A stretch of 64,000 nucleotides of DNA, taken from the IMG/VR virus record IMGVR_UViG_3300044844_000428; one strand, given 5' to 3'. The notes under the pieces were generated by a model, which was not told where the DNA came from, made no database searches, and saw only the letters and a list, made by a program, of their open reading frames with translations. The stretch's first letter is position 1, and each line of letters opens with the position of its first letter. The position numbers and the translations under genes were made by a program. Source of the stretch: a virus. Shown piece by piece: positions 1 through 9,680 of the stretch.

Positions 1-219
1 AATGACCCAAGTACCTTGAACCACTCCAGTAGGTGACCAACCAATGCCATTCATTGAAGCACTAGTAATTGGTCCCATAGGATGAGCCCATGGTAAATCT
101 TTCGTTGGCAATTCAACCTTATCATGTGTATGTAATCCAACAATCCTTACTTGGCATCTACCAAGCATAAGTGGATCCATTCTGTTCTCAACGCAGCCCG
201 TATAGAATACTTGACTCAT
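1..219 (-). CDS. 5: Baseplate hub/tail spike gp5, N-terminal part (runs off window)
   Basis: Not in ORF track; my translation MSQVFYTGCVENRMDPLMLGRCQVRIVGLHTHDKVELPTKDLPWAHPM matches the gp5 OB-fold start (VE.R.DPL.LGR..VR..G.H ... LPW). Confidence 0.9.
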   Translation of the reverse strand, partial: MSQVFYTGCVENRMDPLMLGRCQVRIVGLHTHDKVELPTKDLPWAHPMGPITSASMNGIGWSPTGVVQGTWVI

Positions 220-227
220 TAACTACC

Positions 228-1496
228 TCATATTTTCAAATTAGTTGAATCTTTAATAAGTTCCATAACACATTGGTGAGATTCTCTATCAATAACATGT
301 CTTATGGATGCTATAATATAATCACCAGAAAAGGTATTATCGGTAACATCTTTGTCTTCTTTATCGATTGGCATATTCCGATTAGTATAAACATTGACCT
401 TTTGGCCAATGGTATAATCTGTACGACCAAGTACTGTTATTTGAACTCGGCAACTTTCTGCTAATGATAACAATGAACGTCTTTTCTGGAATATATTGGA
501 ATTAGTAACGTCGTTGTTTCCTGCCAATACACCATTGGCTTTATGAATAGTAGCAATGGCGGCTGCAGGTGAATGTATAATATTAGAATTGAGTAATGGA
601 TACTTGTTCAGTCTTTTATCTTTATCGTAATCTGTAAGATAATCAAATCCAGCATAGGTATAAGTCTTTGTTGTAATATCATGAGTAATTAAGGTAGAAG
701 CAAAAGTACCACTTCTCATTCTATCAACGTAATCATAAGCTACAGGAACCGTAATGTCTATTACCTGACTGAAATCTCTTTCAATGTTTCTTATGTTACC
801 GTTATCACCTTGGTTAAAGTCTCTTGAATAGTCGTTAACGATAAAGTCACGGACCTTAGGTAAGGTATAAAGATAATCAAGAGATGCAAAGTTCAATCCA
901 TTTCTATTCTCAAAGAACAAGAATGTTGGTGAACCTGTCATACTTATAGCATGGTCAGCCAAATAATTCAGGTTCTTTACTGGCGACCAATAATTTGAAA
1001 CGTAGGAAATATTATTACTAGTTGGTTCGACATGGAATCTATCAGGATCTTTAGCACTGCAATCGGTAAGAATTTTGGTAGCAACATTTGCAATATTATC
1101 ATTGAACGACTTGCTCAATTTGAGATTCAAATCCATCATCGCTTCATTAGATATGAAGTGGAGAATATAACCAACAGAACGGTTGCTCATCATTTCTCTG
1201 TCAGACAATTTGAATATCTTGCAAGTAATGTCTATGAAAGTATTCTTGTCTTTGAATCCTGGCGTTGCTAGTCTTAGGAGTAAAGTTTCATCACCGACCA
1301 ATGGCAAGTAATTTACTAAATCCATAGCATCTTTGATAACAAGATTTCCTGTTATGAATGGCGAGAATATATCCTCAAAGATATTAATAGCAAGCACTTG
1401 GTTTCTGATATCCAAAGAACGTCTTGAAGATGCTATTATTTCTACCCGTTGGATATCAACTTCGCCTGCAGCTTTTAGTTCATTAGTTATGGCCAT
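228..1496 (-). CDS. Baseplate hub/tail protein (gp27/GPD-like)
   Basis: IFEDIFSPFITGNLVIKD, FLFFENRNG, SGDYIIASIRH motifs; position between gp53 and gp5. Confidence 0.7.
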   Translation of the reverse strand: MAITNELKAAGEVDIQRVEIIASSRRSLDIRNQVLAINIFEDIFSPFITGNLVIKDAMDLVNYLPLVGDETLLLRLATPGFKDKNTFIDITCKIFKLSDREMMSNRSVGYILHFISNEAMMDLNLKLSKSFNDNIANVATKILTDCSAKDPDRFHVEPTSNNISYVSNYWSPVKNLNYLADHAISMTGSPTFLFFENRNGLNFASLDYLYTLPKVRDFIVNDYSRDFNQGDNGNIRNIERDFSQVIDITVPVAYDYVDRMRSGTFASTLITHDITTKTYTYAGFDYLTDYDKDKRLNKYPLLNSNIIHSPAAAIATIHKANGVLAGNNDVTNSNIFQKRRSLLSLAESCRVQITVLGRTDYTIGQKVNVYTNRNMPIDKEDKDVTDNTFSGDYIIASIRHVIDRESHQCVMELIKDSTNLKI

Positions 1497-1999
1497 TAGA
1501 CTAAATTACCTAATTCATTAGCAACTTGTTCAATCAATAGTGGAGAGATTAATTTTATATTTCTTTTACTTTCGTTGACAGTATATTCATAATCTGAATT
1601 TGTAATAGGAACAGAATTTGGTGCATCTTCATCAACAATATAAGACGTTCCATGTATTACTGCTTCATAATGATGAATATCGTTCACGTTATCTTCACCA
1701 TATTTATCCGCAATCACCTTTTCCATTGTTCTCATCGGCAATGGAAAATCATTAAGATAGTCGTACATATCATTAGACAACATTACTGCCCAATGATAGT
1801 CTGCTCTACCATATACCAATTCAGCAATAGATTCTGGAGTTTCGCCATCTGTAATAGTGTATTGGTCAAATAAGGTAATATTAGATAAGATTTGTTTTCT
1901 TATTCTGACATTCTTAGTAATGTCAGTCATTACTCTAGTTTCAGTCTTACCGTTTATTTCAAAGTTGTAGTATATTTTATCGAAATCTTGAAAGTACAT
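1496..1999 (-). CDS. 53: Baseplate wedge subunit gp53
   Basis: MYF.. start, DGETPESIAELVYG..YHW LysM-like motif, IHHYE, NE.KR.IKLI. Confidence 0.85.
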   Translation of the reverse strand: MYFQDFDKIYYNFEINGKTETRVMTDITKNVRIRKQILSNITLFDQYTITDGETPESIAELVYGRADYHWAVMLSNDMYDYLNDFPLPMRTMEKVIADKYGEDNVNDIHHYEAVIHGTSYIVDEDAPNSVPITNSDYEYTVNESKRNIKLISPLLIEQVANELGNLV

Positions 2000-3102
2000 T
2001 AGAATTTTCCTTCCTGAATTTTCTGTTTGTCTAGTTTTGCTAATTCTTTGAATGATAGAGTTAGTTCAATCTGAGTAGGCATTCCATTGTCGAATGTAGA
2101 AAATATACTATTAGGAGTGTAGTTTACTACCATATTAATTAACACACATGAGGTATGTTTATGCAGATTAGGATTTTCTTGCCCACCTGAATAGTAAACG
2201 ATATCAAATTCAGATGGATATATGTAAAGGAATCCAGTTTGATCTTTAAATTCTGGATGCATATGGAATTTGAACTGTTCAATAATTCTCAGAACATTCT
2301 CAGCTTCTTTTTCCGAACGTGGAGCAAATCTATAGTTAAAACTGAATGTTCTAGTCTCTACAGATTGAAATACCATTTCTGTTGTTGGATTAGGAGCCAA
2401 TTTGGATAATTTTGAAAGTGCTCCAGCAGCATCACCACTCATTTTGAATCCTACGGCAGTAGCAATTGCTTTACTAGTATCACCAACAGGTAAAGTACCA
2501 TTAAACATATCACCAACTGCATTAGCTGCTTGCATTGTAAGTGGCACTTCAGATTCATTGTACTGAACGCCATAAGTAGCAGATAGACTAGATGGCATAT
2601 AAAGAGAAATAGCAGTCTTTAATCGTTTTACTGGTTTAGAAAATCCACCAGATTCGTAAGCAATTACGCCAGCCGCACCGCCTTTCAATATAGCACCTCC
2701 TAATGGAGCAGCAAGTTTTTTAGCAGCAGAACCTAAAATACCCTTTCCCGAATTTACTAATCCAGTATCTCCAGCATTACCAGCACCCGCACTTTTGACT
2801 GCATCATAAACTCCTCCTATTGCACCAACAAGACCACCTTGGAATGCTCCAACCATTGCTTGAGATGCAATAGCAGCAGTAGTACTAATATTTCCAGCGT
2901 TATTATTAATTCCAGTAATCACATCATTCACGAATGATGTATCGCCATTTAATAATTTAGATTGTTCTTGTACATTGATAAAAAACACAGCAAAGTTACC
3001 ACCATAGACTTCGCTAGTAGTCACATCATCTGGATAACTAAATGAATCTGTAGAATAGGTATTCTTAAAATTCTGTTTAGTGTATTGGGTTCTTTGTGCC
3101 AT
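1999..3102 (-). CDS. 48: Baseplate tail-tube cap gp48
   Basis: ISLYMP, NP..EMVFQSVETRTFSFNYRFAPRSEKEA, YPSEFDI motifs; synteny with gp53. Confidence 0.85.
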   Translation of the reverse strand: MAQRTQYTKQNFKNTYSTDSFSYPDDVTTSEVYGGNFAVFFINVQEQSKLLNGDTSFVNDVITGINNNAGNISTTAAIASQAMVGAFQGGLVGAIGGVYDAVKSAGAGNAGDTGLVNSGKGILGSAAKKLAAPLGGAILKGGAAGVIAYESGGFSKPVKRLKTAISLYMPSSLSATYGVQYNESEVPLTMQAANAVGDMFNGTLPVGDTSKAIATAVGFKMSGDAAGALSKLSKLAPNPTTEMVFQSVETRTFSFNYRFAPRSEKEAENVLRIIEQFKFHMHPEFKDQTGFLYIYPSEFDIVYYSGGQENPNLHKHTSCVLINMVVNYTPNSIFSTFDNGMPTQIELTLSFKELAKLDKQKIQEGKF

Positions 3103-3133
3103 CTTTATTCTCTTATTTAAGATATATAATTTT

Positions 3134-3141
3134 TATTTATA
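3134..3141 (-). promoter_or_regulatory. T4-type late promoter TATAAATA (drives 48-53-hub-5)
   Basis: tatttata on + strand, about 30 bp upstream of the gp48 start. Confidence 0.75.
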
Positions 3142-3147
3142 TAGATT

Positions 3148-3585
3148 ATGAGCAAATATCATAAAGGAAAATGGTCACCTAAATTTCCAGAAAAGTATGA
3201 AGGTAACGTAAGTCAAATCACGTATCGGAGTAGCTGGGAATTGAAGTTCATGAATTGGGCAGATAACAATTCTAATGTTATCAAATGGTCATCGGAAGAA
3301 ACTGTTGTTCCTTATAGGTCGCCCATTGATATGAAACCGCATAGATATTTCTTAGATTTCAAAATAAAAGTAAAAAATAGTAAAGGTGAAATCAAGACTT
3401 ATTTGGTTGAAATCAAACCTGATGCTCAATGTAAACCACCTAAAGCACCATCAAAACAGACTAGAAGATATTTGACTGAATGTGCTACTTTTATGGTTAA
3501 CCAAGCTAAATGGGAAGCGGCAAATAAGTGGGCTATAGATAGAGGATGGGAATTCATAGTATTGACTGAAAAACATCTTTTTTGA
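3148..3585 (+). CDS. 4: Head completion nuclease gp4
   Basis: P..PEKY.G, YRSSWE..FM.W.D, WSSE, HRYF.DF, EIKP, NQAKW.AA, LTE. Confidence 0.9.
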   Translation: MSKYHKGKWSPKFPEKYEGNVSQITYRSSWELKFMNWADNNSNVIKWSSEETVVPYRSPIDMKPHRYFLDFKIKVKNSKGEIKTYLVEIKPDAQCKPPKAPSKQTRRYLTECATFMVNQAKWEAANKWAIDRGWEFIVLTEKHLF

Positions 3586-3593
3586 TATAAATA
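3586..3593 (+). promoter_or_regulatory. T4-type late promoter TATAAATA
   Basis: Exact consensus 30 bp upstream of gp2. Confidence 0.8.
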
Positions 3594-3623
3594 ATACGAA
3601 CGTGAATAATTAAGGAATTCTAT

Positions 3624-4376
3624 ATGGTACAAAAAGAAACCTCTGACAGCCCATCAATTAAAGAAATAAAAGCTCTTAGAAGTTTATACAAGTTATCGTC
3701 TAAACAAGCATCTGAATATGCCGGAATTTCAGAAGCATCGTGGAATAAGATGGAAACTGGTTCCATAAAAATGCCTGGTAATGTTTGGGATAAGATTAAT
3801 GTTAAAGTAAGAACTCTTCCAAAGAAACTTATACAACAAAGAGTATTGGATGCTTCTAATTATGAATTGAAAGATATTATAAAAAATTCAAAAGCTTGGT
3901 TTACGTCTGAAGCAAAAAGATTAGCATCTTCTAGAGAAGGTCATCTTAGAAGTTCTACTCAAAATAATCCTGTCCCTGGCGAATTGTATATGTACTATTA
4001 CGATGCTAAACATAAAGCAACTTTGCCATATTGGGATAAGTTTCCATTAGTATTTCCATTCAGAATGATGCCAGATGGATTTATTGGAATCAATTTACAT
4101 TATCTTCATTATAAACAGAGAATATTATTATTGGATGCATTACAAGAAGTTGCATCTAGTCCTAGAAAAACAACAAGCGCTAAGTTGACTATTTCATATG
4201 ATATACTTCGAACTGTAGCAAAGGGCAAGAAATTTGAGAAATGTATTCATCGTTATCTATTTGACCATTTCAAAACCCCAATTAAAAAGATCCATTCTGA
4301 TAATTGGTTAACAGCTGCACTATTACCAAATGAGATGTTTGTTGGTGAATCTAAAGAATACATTTGGAAACAATAA
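3624..4376 (+). CDS. 2: DNA end protector gp2 with N-terminal XRE-like HTH
   Basis: GELYMYYYDAKHKATLPYWDKFPLV, FIGINLHYL, CIHRYL; N-terminal ~60 aa resembles an HTH. Confidence 0.85.
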   Translation: MVQKETSDSPSIKEIKALRSLYKLSSKQASEYAGISEASWNKMETGSIKMPGNVWDKINVKVRTLPKKLIQQRVLDASNYELKDIIKNSKAWFTSEAKRLASSREGHLRSSTQNNPVPGELYMYYYDAKHKATLPYWDKFPLVFPFRMMPDGFIGINLHYLHYKQRILLLDALQEVASSPRKTTSAKLTISYDILRTVAKGKKFEKCIHRYLFDHFKTPIKKIHSDNWLTAALLPNEMFVGESKEYIWKQ

Positions 4377-4385
4377 GGAAATAAC

Positions 4386-5117
4386 ATGTCAGAAACAGGT
4401 TCTCTTCAAAGTTTTATCTCAGAGGTAAAGAATGGTGGGCTGATGAAAAGCTCCCATTTTGCAGTATCTATTACTGTGCCTACAGATGCAAATAACAGAA
4501 CTACTATACCTGGAGCTTTTGCATCATCTCAAGCACTGAAAAAATATATTATGTTCTGTGATTCTACTAACTTACCTGGTACTTCACTTGGTACAGTAGA
4601 TGTATCAGCTTATGGTGAAACTAGAGAATCACCGACACAAAGAATATACGACCCAGTAAATCTAACATTCTACGTTGATATTGACATGAATATCAAGAAA
4701 TTCTTTGATGCTTGGATCAACTCTATTATCAATCCAATAACAAGAAATCATGCTTACTATAAGAATTATACTACGTTAGTTGATATTATCGTATATGATT
4801 CCGAACACCATGAGAAATATAAAGTAACTCTGCATGAAGCGTTTCCAAAATCAGTATCAGACATCCAATTGTCTTATGCTGGAGATGGAGTAATGAAATT
4901 ATCAGTTTCAATGCAATATAGATATTATACAGTTTTCAATTACGAGACTAATGATGTAATTGAATCAGCGGATAATACTAAGATTAGTAATTTCTTGAAA
5001 CAAAAGATAGGTGATAAGACCTCATCAAATCTTTTAGGTGGATTTTATAATTCTTTAAGTTTCCAACAGTCCGATTATATTGTTAATCCAGCTACATTTC
5101 AGTCACAATTCCAATAA
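4386..5117 (+). CDS. Tail tube initiator, gp54/gp19-family
   Basis: FCDSTNLPG, LTFYVD..M.IKKFFDAW, L.EAFPKSV..IQLSY. Confidence 0.75.
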   Translation: MSETGSLQSFISEVKNGGLMKSSHFAVSITVPTDANNRTTIPGAFASSQALKKYIMFCDSTNLPGTSLGTVDVSAYGETRESPTQRIYDPVNLTFYVDIDMNIKKFFDAWINSIINPITRNHAYYKNYTTLVDIIVYDSEHHEKYKVTLHEAFPKSVSDIQLSYAGDGVMKLSVSMQYRYYTVFNYETNDVIESADNTKISNFLKQKIGDKTSSNLLGGFYNSLSFQQSDYIVNPATFQSQFQ

Positions 5118-5123
5118 AACATT

Positions 5124-5534
5124 ATGAACATTGATAAAAAATTAAATGATGTCTTCGATTTGACTCCGATGGATGGTGACTTGATTACTAGACAAGGAGT
5201 AGTAGTTCCTCCAAAGGACAATGCCGTCGATTATGATTGTGAACAAACCCGAGGTAATTTATATGGACTACTTCAAAGTGGACAGGATGCCCTTGATGCT
5301 GCTCTTGAGATTGCTAAACAATCCGAGCACCCAAGAGCATTTGAAGTTGTTGGTAATCTTATCAAACAACTTGCTGACATAAACCATCAGTTACTTGACG
5401 TTCATACAAAGAAACAAAGATTAGTAACAAAAGAACCAGAACAAAAAGCAACCAATGTGACTAACAATTCTATATTTGTTGGTTCAACTGCAGAACTCTC
5501 GAAACTTATAGACAAAATGAATAAAGGCGACTAA
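5124..5534 (+). CDS. 16: Terminase small subunit gp16-like
   Basis: TRGNLY.L...GQ.AL, SEHPRAFEVVG.LIK, NNSIFVGSTAEL. Confidence 0.8.
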   Translation: MNIDKKLNDVFDLTPMDGDLITRQGVVVPPKDNAVDYDCEQTRGNLYGLLQSGQDALDAALEIAKQSEHPRAFEVVGNLIKQLADINHQLLDVHTKKQRLVTKEPEQKATNVTNNSIFVGSTAELSKLIDKMNKGD

Positions 5535-5536
5535 TT

Positions 5537-6250
5537 ATGGCATTACCTAAACAAGTAACTACAGTTTATAATACAACTATACCATCAACTGACCAAAAGA
5601 TAAAGTTCAAACCTTTTCTTATCAAGGAACACAAAGCACTTCTTATGGCGCAGCAAAGTGAAGATCAAAAAGTAATGGTTGATACTTTAAAGGAAGTTGC
5701 TAGAAGTTGTATTATGGATAAAGTCGATATCGATTCTTTAGCAATATTTGACTTGCAATATCTGTTACTTCAGATTCGTGCTAAGTCAGTAGGAGAAATG
5801 GTTGATCTTATTTTCTCATGTGATACATGTATTGATGATAAAGCAAAGGTAAAAATTAACTTTGATTTGACCAAGATGGAAGTTACTAAAAATCCTGAAC
5901 ATAATAAAAAGATTAAACTGTACGATGAGACTGGAATGGTTTTAAAGTATCCTAATCTTGATAACATTACTGCATTTGACCAATTGGACCCAGATGACAT
6001 TGGTGGCATTTTCAATCTTATTATAGATTCTATTGATTACATCTATCAAGGTAATGAAACATATTATGCCAAAGAACAAACAAGAGAAGATTTAACTGAA
6101 TTCCTTGATAATTTAACATCGGACCAATTTGCCAGTATTGTAAAGTTTTATGAAACAATGCCAAGATTAAGACAAGACGTAAAATACAGATGCCCAGTTT
6201 GTATGAAGGAACACAACAAGTACATTGAAGGTATAGAAACTTTTTTTTAG
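5537..6250 (+). CDS. 26: Baseplate hub assembly protein gp26
   Basis: MALPK, IKFKPFLIKE.K.LL.A, LQIRAKSVGE, CPVC, C-terminal EG..TFF. Confidence 0.85.
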   Translation: MALPKQVTTVYNTTIPSTDQKIKFKPFLIKEHKALLMAQQSEDQKVMVDTLKEVARSCIMDKVDIDSLAIFDLQYLLLQIRAKSVGEMVDLIFSCDTCIDDKAKVKINFDLTKMEVTKNPEHNKKIKLYDETGMVLKYPNLDNITAFDQLDPDDIGGIFNLIIDSIDYIYQGNETYYAKEQTREDLTEFLDNLTSDQFASIVKFYETMPRLRQDVKYRCPVCMKEHNKYIEGIETFF

Positions 6251-6288
6251 TTGCCCTTTCGCATGATTCGTTGGCAAATTTCTATAAA

Positions 6289-6426
6289 ATGAACTTTGCC
6301 TTAATGCAGTATCACAAATATTCTTTAGAGGATATTGAGAATATGATACCATTCGAGAGGGAAATTTATATTGCTATGTTGGTTGAATACTTGGAAGAAC
6401 AGAAAGAACAGAAAGCAAATCATTAA
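6289..6426 (+). CDS. 51: Baseplate hub assembly catalyst gp51 (possibly expressed via -1 frameshift from gp26)
   Basis: Below ORF cutoff; translation MNFALMQYHKYSLEDIENMIPFEREIYIAMLVEYLEEQKEQKANH; frame open back through the 6241 T-run. Confidence 0.85.
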   Translation: MNFALMQYHKYSLEDIENMIPFEREIYIAMLVEYLEEQKEQKANH

Positions 6427-6439
6427 CCATGGATGAATC

Positions 6440-8626
6440 ATGCGTAAAGTAATAGACGAACTTATAGAACACAAGAAACTATTTGAAGAATTGGTAGAAA
6501 TAGAAACCAAAAGTAATTTAGAATTACAAGGTCTTGCTCAAGACATGAACGATATGTCTAGCAAACTGGATAAGTTTACCAAGTTGACAGTATCGTCTAA
6601 TAAGAGTGCTGAACTTGAAAGAAAGGATGATGTTGCTAAACAAGAGGAACGCTCCAAATCAACTGAAACTAAATCGATATACGAACTAAGAAAGGTCAGG
6701 GAGGCCATTCTCGATAGTGCTCGAGTTGAAGTTGCTGATAAGGCTCAACAGGATCCAGCATTCCATACCTTTGCTACTCGTATGGATGCAGTTAAAGAAA
6801 TGTTTGGTGATATTAAAGATTCTTTCCGTAATAGAGATACTGGTAAAATTGGAGTTGGTAGTACTCTTAAAGGAATGGCTAGAGGTATATCAACATCTTT
6901 TTCAGCCAATGCTAGAAATCGTGAAGAATTCATTAAGACTCAGAAAGGTCTTGGTAGTACCCGTTCCGAAAAAGTGCTTAAACAACAATACAAAGATCAA
7001 CAAGCATTACTATATAGGAATAATAAGAATGAAAGACGTATGAATGAAGCTAGAGGAAATCTTTCAAAAGAAGAATTCCTTAAAGGTGGAAGTCAAAAGG
7101 CACAGGAATACTTAAAAGAAAAAGTTGAAGTTGGCAAAGGATTATCTCAAGTCGATGAACGATACAAGATAAAGAATCCTGAAAAGACTGATAGAGAAAA
7201 GGATGCAGATTTCTTTGGTGTTGGTAAAGGTTCAATGAAGAAACCACCTGTACTACCTGCAGAACCGGTATTGGATAATCAGACACCATTAGTACAACCT
7301 GCTATTCCAGAACCTCCTAAAATGGATTCTGAAATTACTAAAGAATTTTCTTCAATTGTGGATTCGTTGCGTGATGTTATAACTAAGTTATCCGATTCAA
7401 TCGAACCAATGACTCATAGCGACGTTTCAATGGAAGACAAACTTGAAACCCAAAGAACGACTAATACATACCAAGATAGTCAACTAGAATTGATGAACAA
7501 GCAGAATAAGATTCTTGACGATACTTTCAAAGTTCAACAATTGATTCTAGAAGAACTCAAAAAGCGTACTGAAGAGATTGCAAAGAAAGCTGATGAAAAT
7601 AAGAGTCCATTGGATACTCTTAAAGATGCTGCTGAAGATAAACTTAAAGATGTATTAGATAATAAACGCGATAAAAAAGATAGACCAAAACCAACTAGAA
7701 ATAATAGTAGAAAGCGTCGTGCTGGTAAAGGTGTATTTGGATTAGGAGCTGCGGCTGCTGGAGTCGGTGCCGCAGAGGCAATGGATGTTATTGATATTAT
7801 TCCAAACACTCCAGAAATAAAACCAGATACTACTGGAGATATTAAACCAGGTGATTCAAGACCTAAACCAACTACACCAGAAACTCCAAAGAAAGTTGGA
7901 TTTTTTGAACGCGTTAAAAACACATTCAATAAGGTTCCGGGTGTAACCGCTGCAGGTGATGTAGGTTCTAAAATATCAGAATCAATTGCTAAACGATTAC
8001 CAAAAGCCGCGTTAAAAGCAACAGCAAAATCTATTCCTGGCATTGGATTATTATTAGGTGCAGGAGGAGCATTAGCAGCATTATCAGAAGGTGATGTTAT
8101 TGGAGCCGGATTAGAAGCTGCTAGTGGAATGGGTTCAGCACTTACTGCTATTCCAGCAACTGCAGCATTGACTGCTAAAGAAGTTTATGAAGATGTGTAC
8201 GGTATTAAACCGGAAGACGATCCAGAAGCTGGCAATAGATTAACAGAAATTAAAGATAAAGTTGTATTAGAACTTCAAAAATTAGTAGGAATGAATGTTA
8301 AACCAGAAACAGGTCAACCTGATGCCGGAAAGTTATTAGAAGGTATTGATAATAAGGCTAATATTTCACCTGAAGGCGCATCCCAAGAGGTTAAACCAGA
8401 AGAAATAAAACCAGAAGCAAATCAACCAAATGTTGCTAATGTAGTTTATGATAAATCCGCTGATGTTGCTCAAAGCGCTGGTGGTTCATCTACGGTGGTA
8501 AACAACATATCAGCTCCAACTAATAATAATGTTTCTACTCAAACAAAATCAGCACCTACTAAGTTTGATCCAAGAAACAATGATTCGACTGTCAGCAAAT
8601 TATTTGCTAGTAGACAATTCTATTAG
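6440..8626 (+). CDS. Tape-measure/gp29-like baseplate hub protein
   Basis: Long helical protein, Gly/Ala-rich KSIPGIGLLLGAG segment, C-terminal VVNNISAPTNNNV; follows gp26/gp51. Confidence 0.65.
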   Translation: MRKVIDELIEHKKLFEELVEIETKSNLELQGLAQDMNDMSSKLDKFTKLTVSSNKSAELERKDDVAKQEERSKSTETKSIYELRKVREAILDSARVEVADKAQQDPAFHTFATRMDAVKEMFGDIKDSFRNRDTGKIGVGSTLKGMARGISTSFSANARNREEFIKTQKGLGSTRSEKVLKQQYKDQQALLYRNNKNERRMNEARGNLSKEEFLKGGSQKAQEYLKEKVEVGKGLSQVDERYKIKNPEKTDREKDADFFGVGKGSMKKPPVLPAEPVLDNQTPLVQPAIPEPPKMDSEITKEFSSIVDSLRDVITKLSDSIEPMTHSDVSMEDKLETQRTTNTYQDSQLELMNKQNKILDDTFKVQQLILEELKKRTEEIAKKADENKSPLDTLKDAAEDKLKDVLDNKRDKKDRPKPTRNNSRKRRAGKGVFGLGAAAAGVGAAEAMDVIDIIPNTPEIKPDTTGDIKPGDSRPKPTTPETPKKVGFFERVKNTFNKVPGVTAAGDVGSKISESIAKRLPKAALKATAKSIPGIGLLLGAGGALAALSEGDVIGAGLEAASGMGSALTAIPATAALTAKEVYEDVYGIKPEDDPEAGNRLTEIKDKVVLELQKLVGMNVKPETGQPDAGKLLEGIDNKANISPEGASQEVKPEEIKPEANQPNVANVVYDKSADVAQSAGGSSTVVNNISAPTNNNVSTQTKSAPTKFDPRNNDSTVSKLFASRQFY

Positions 8627-8631
8627 ACACT

Positions 8632-8660
8632 AAAAGGGGGCCGTTAAGCCCCTTTCTTTT
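8632..8660. terminator. Bidirectional intrinsic terminator
   Basis: aaaagggggc-cgttaa-gcccctttctttt between convergent genes. Confidence 0.8.
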
Positions 8661-8671
8661 ATACCTAGGAA

Positions 8672-9583
8672 TTAATCCTCGTCGGCAATACTTTGGAAAT
8701 ATGACATGATGTCGTCATCATCTGCCGTTGCAGCAGGAACAGGTTTTGATTCAAATACTGGAGCTGGTTCAGATTTGAATGTAGGAGCTTCAACAGTTTT
8801 ATTTGCCAATTGAGAAGCACTAATAGCAGATTCTCCTTCAGTGTTTAGTACTGAATTCAATTTGCGCGATAATTCTTCATAAGATTTGAAGTATTTTCTG
8901 TCAAGTAATTCACTTAATTTGTATTGGCTATTAACTACTGATAAGATTTTGTCTTCATCACCACCAAATAATTCAGATGGAGATTCGAATTCAGACTTAT
9001 CATAAGAAGGCCAGCCATCAACTTGACGCATACGTAATCTAAAGTTTGCACCTTCCCATAAATCAAACACATTTACAGGTGTTTCGTCTTCGAATGTTGG
9101 TCTAGCTTTATCCATTAACATGTCAAAGATTTTTTTACCGTATTTGTAAAGAAATACTTTGCCTTCGTTTTCAGGATGTTTGGGATCACTAATGACTAGA
9201 ATGTTTGAAGTATATTGCAATCTACGTTTTCTTACTTGTGCAATCTTTTTGTCGGCATCATTACCAGAATTCCACAATTTAGAATTTAATTCACCTACTG
9301 GATCATTTTCATTAAAAGTAGAAAGAGAATTTTCAATATACCATTTTCCAGTAGGGCCTTGAAAGCCATGATTGAAGATTCTTACCCATGGAAGTTCATC
9401 ACCTTCAAGAGTTGGAAGGAATCTGATAATTGCTGAAGCATTTCCTGCTTTGTCTTTTTCAAGTTTCCAATACCGAGTATCATCAGCAAAACCAGTTGAT
9501 GGTGGATTAACAATTTTTTCAAATTCTGAAGTAATTTTTGCAAAGTTGTTGTTACGTGTTTTTCTTAAAGCAGCGATATCCAT
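8672..9583 (-). CDS. 32: Single-stranded DNA-binding protein gp32
   Basis: DKAGN.SAIIRFLP, HGFQGPTGKWYIENSL, NEGKVFLYKYGKKIFD, acidic tail. Confidence 0.95.
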   Translation of the reverse strand: MDIAALRKTRNNNFAKITSEFEKIVNPPSTGFADDTRYWKLEKDKAGNASAIIRFLPTLEGDELPWVRIFNHGFQGPTGKWYIENSLSTFNENDPVGELNSKLWNSGNDADKKIAQVRKRRLQYTSNILVISDPKHPENEGKVFLYKYGKKIFDMLMDKARPTFEDETPVNVFDLWEGANFRLRMRQVDGWPSYDKSEFESPSELFGGDEDKILSVVNSQYKLSELLDRKYFKSYEELSRKLNSVLNTEGESAISASQLANKTVEAPTFKSEPAPVFESKPVPAATADDDDIMSYFQSIADED

Positions 9584-9649
9584 TTTATTTCCTATATTAG
9601 TATTTGCGAAGTATGTTTATTAATAGTCTTAGTGACTACCAACTTATAT

Positions 9650-9680
9650 ATTATACACTAAATTTGTCGATTTGTACACA
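9650..9680 (-). promoter_or_regulatory. Early/sigma70-like promoter for gp32
   Basis: GTGTAC-N18-TATAAT on minus strand. Confidence 0.7.

Noticed and set aside
7534-8043. Long antisense ORFs (also 42572-43162, 49031-49435, 53116-53490, 57071-57442, 60707-61066)
   Set aside because: Shadows of well-supported genes on the opposite strand; no SD, no motifs
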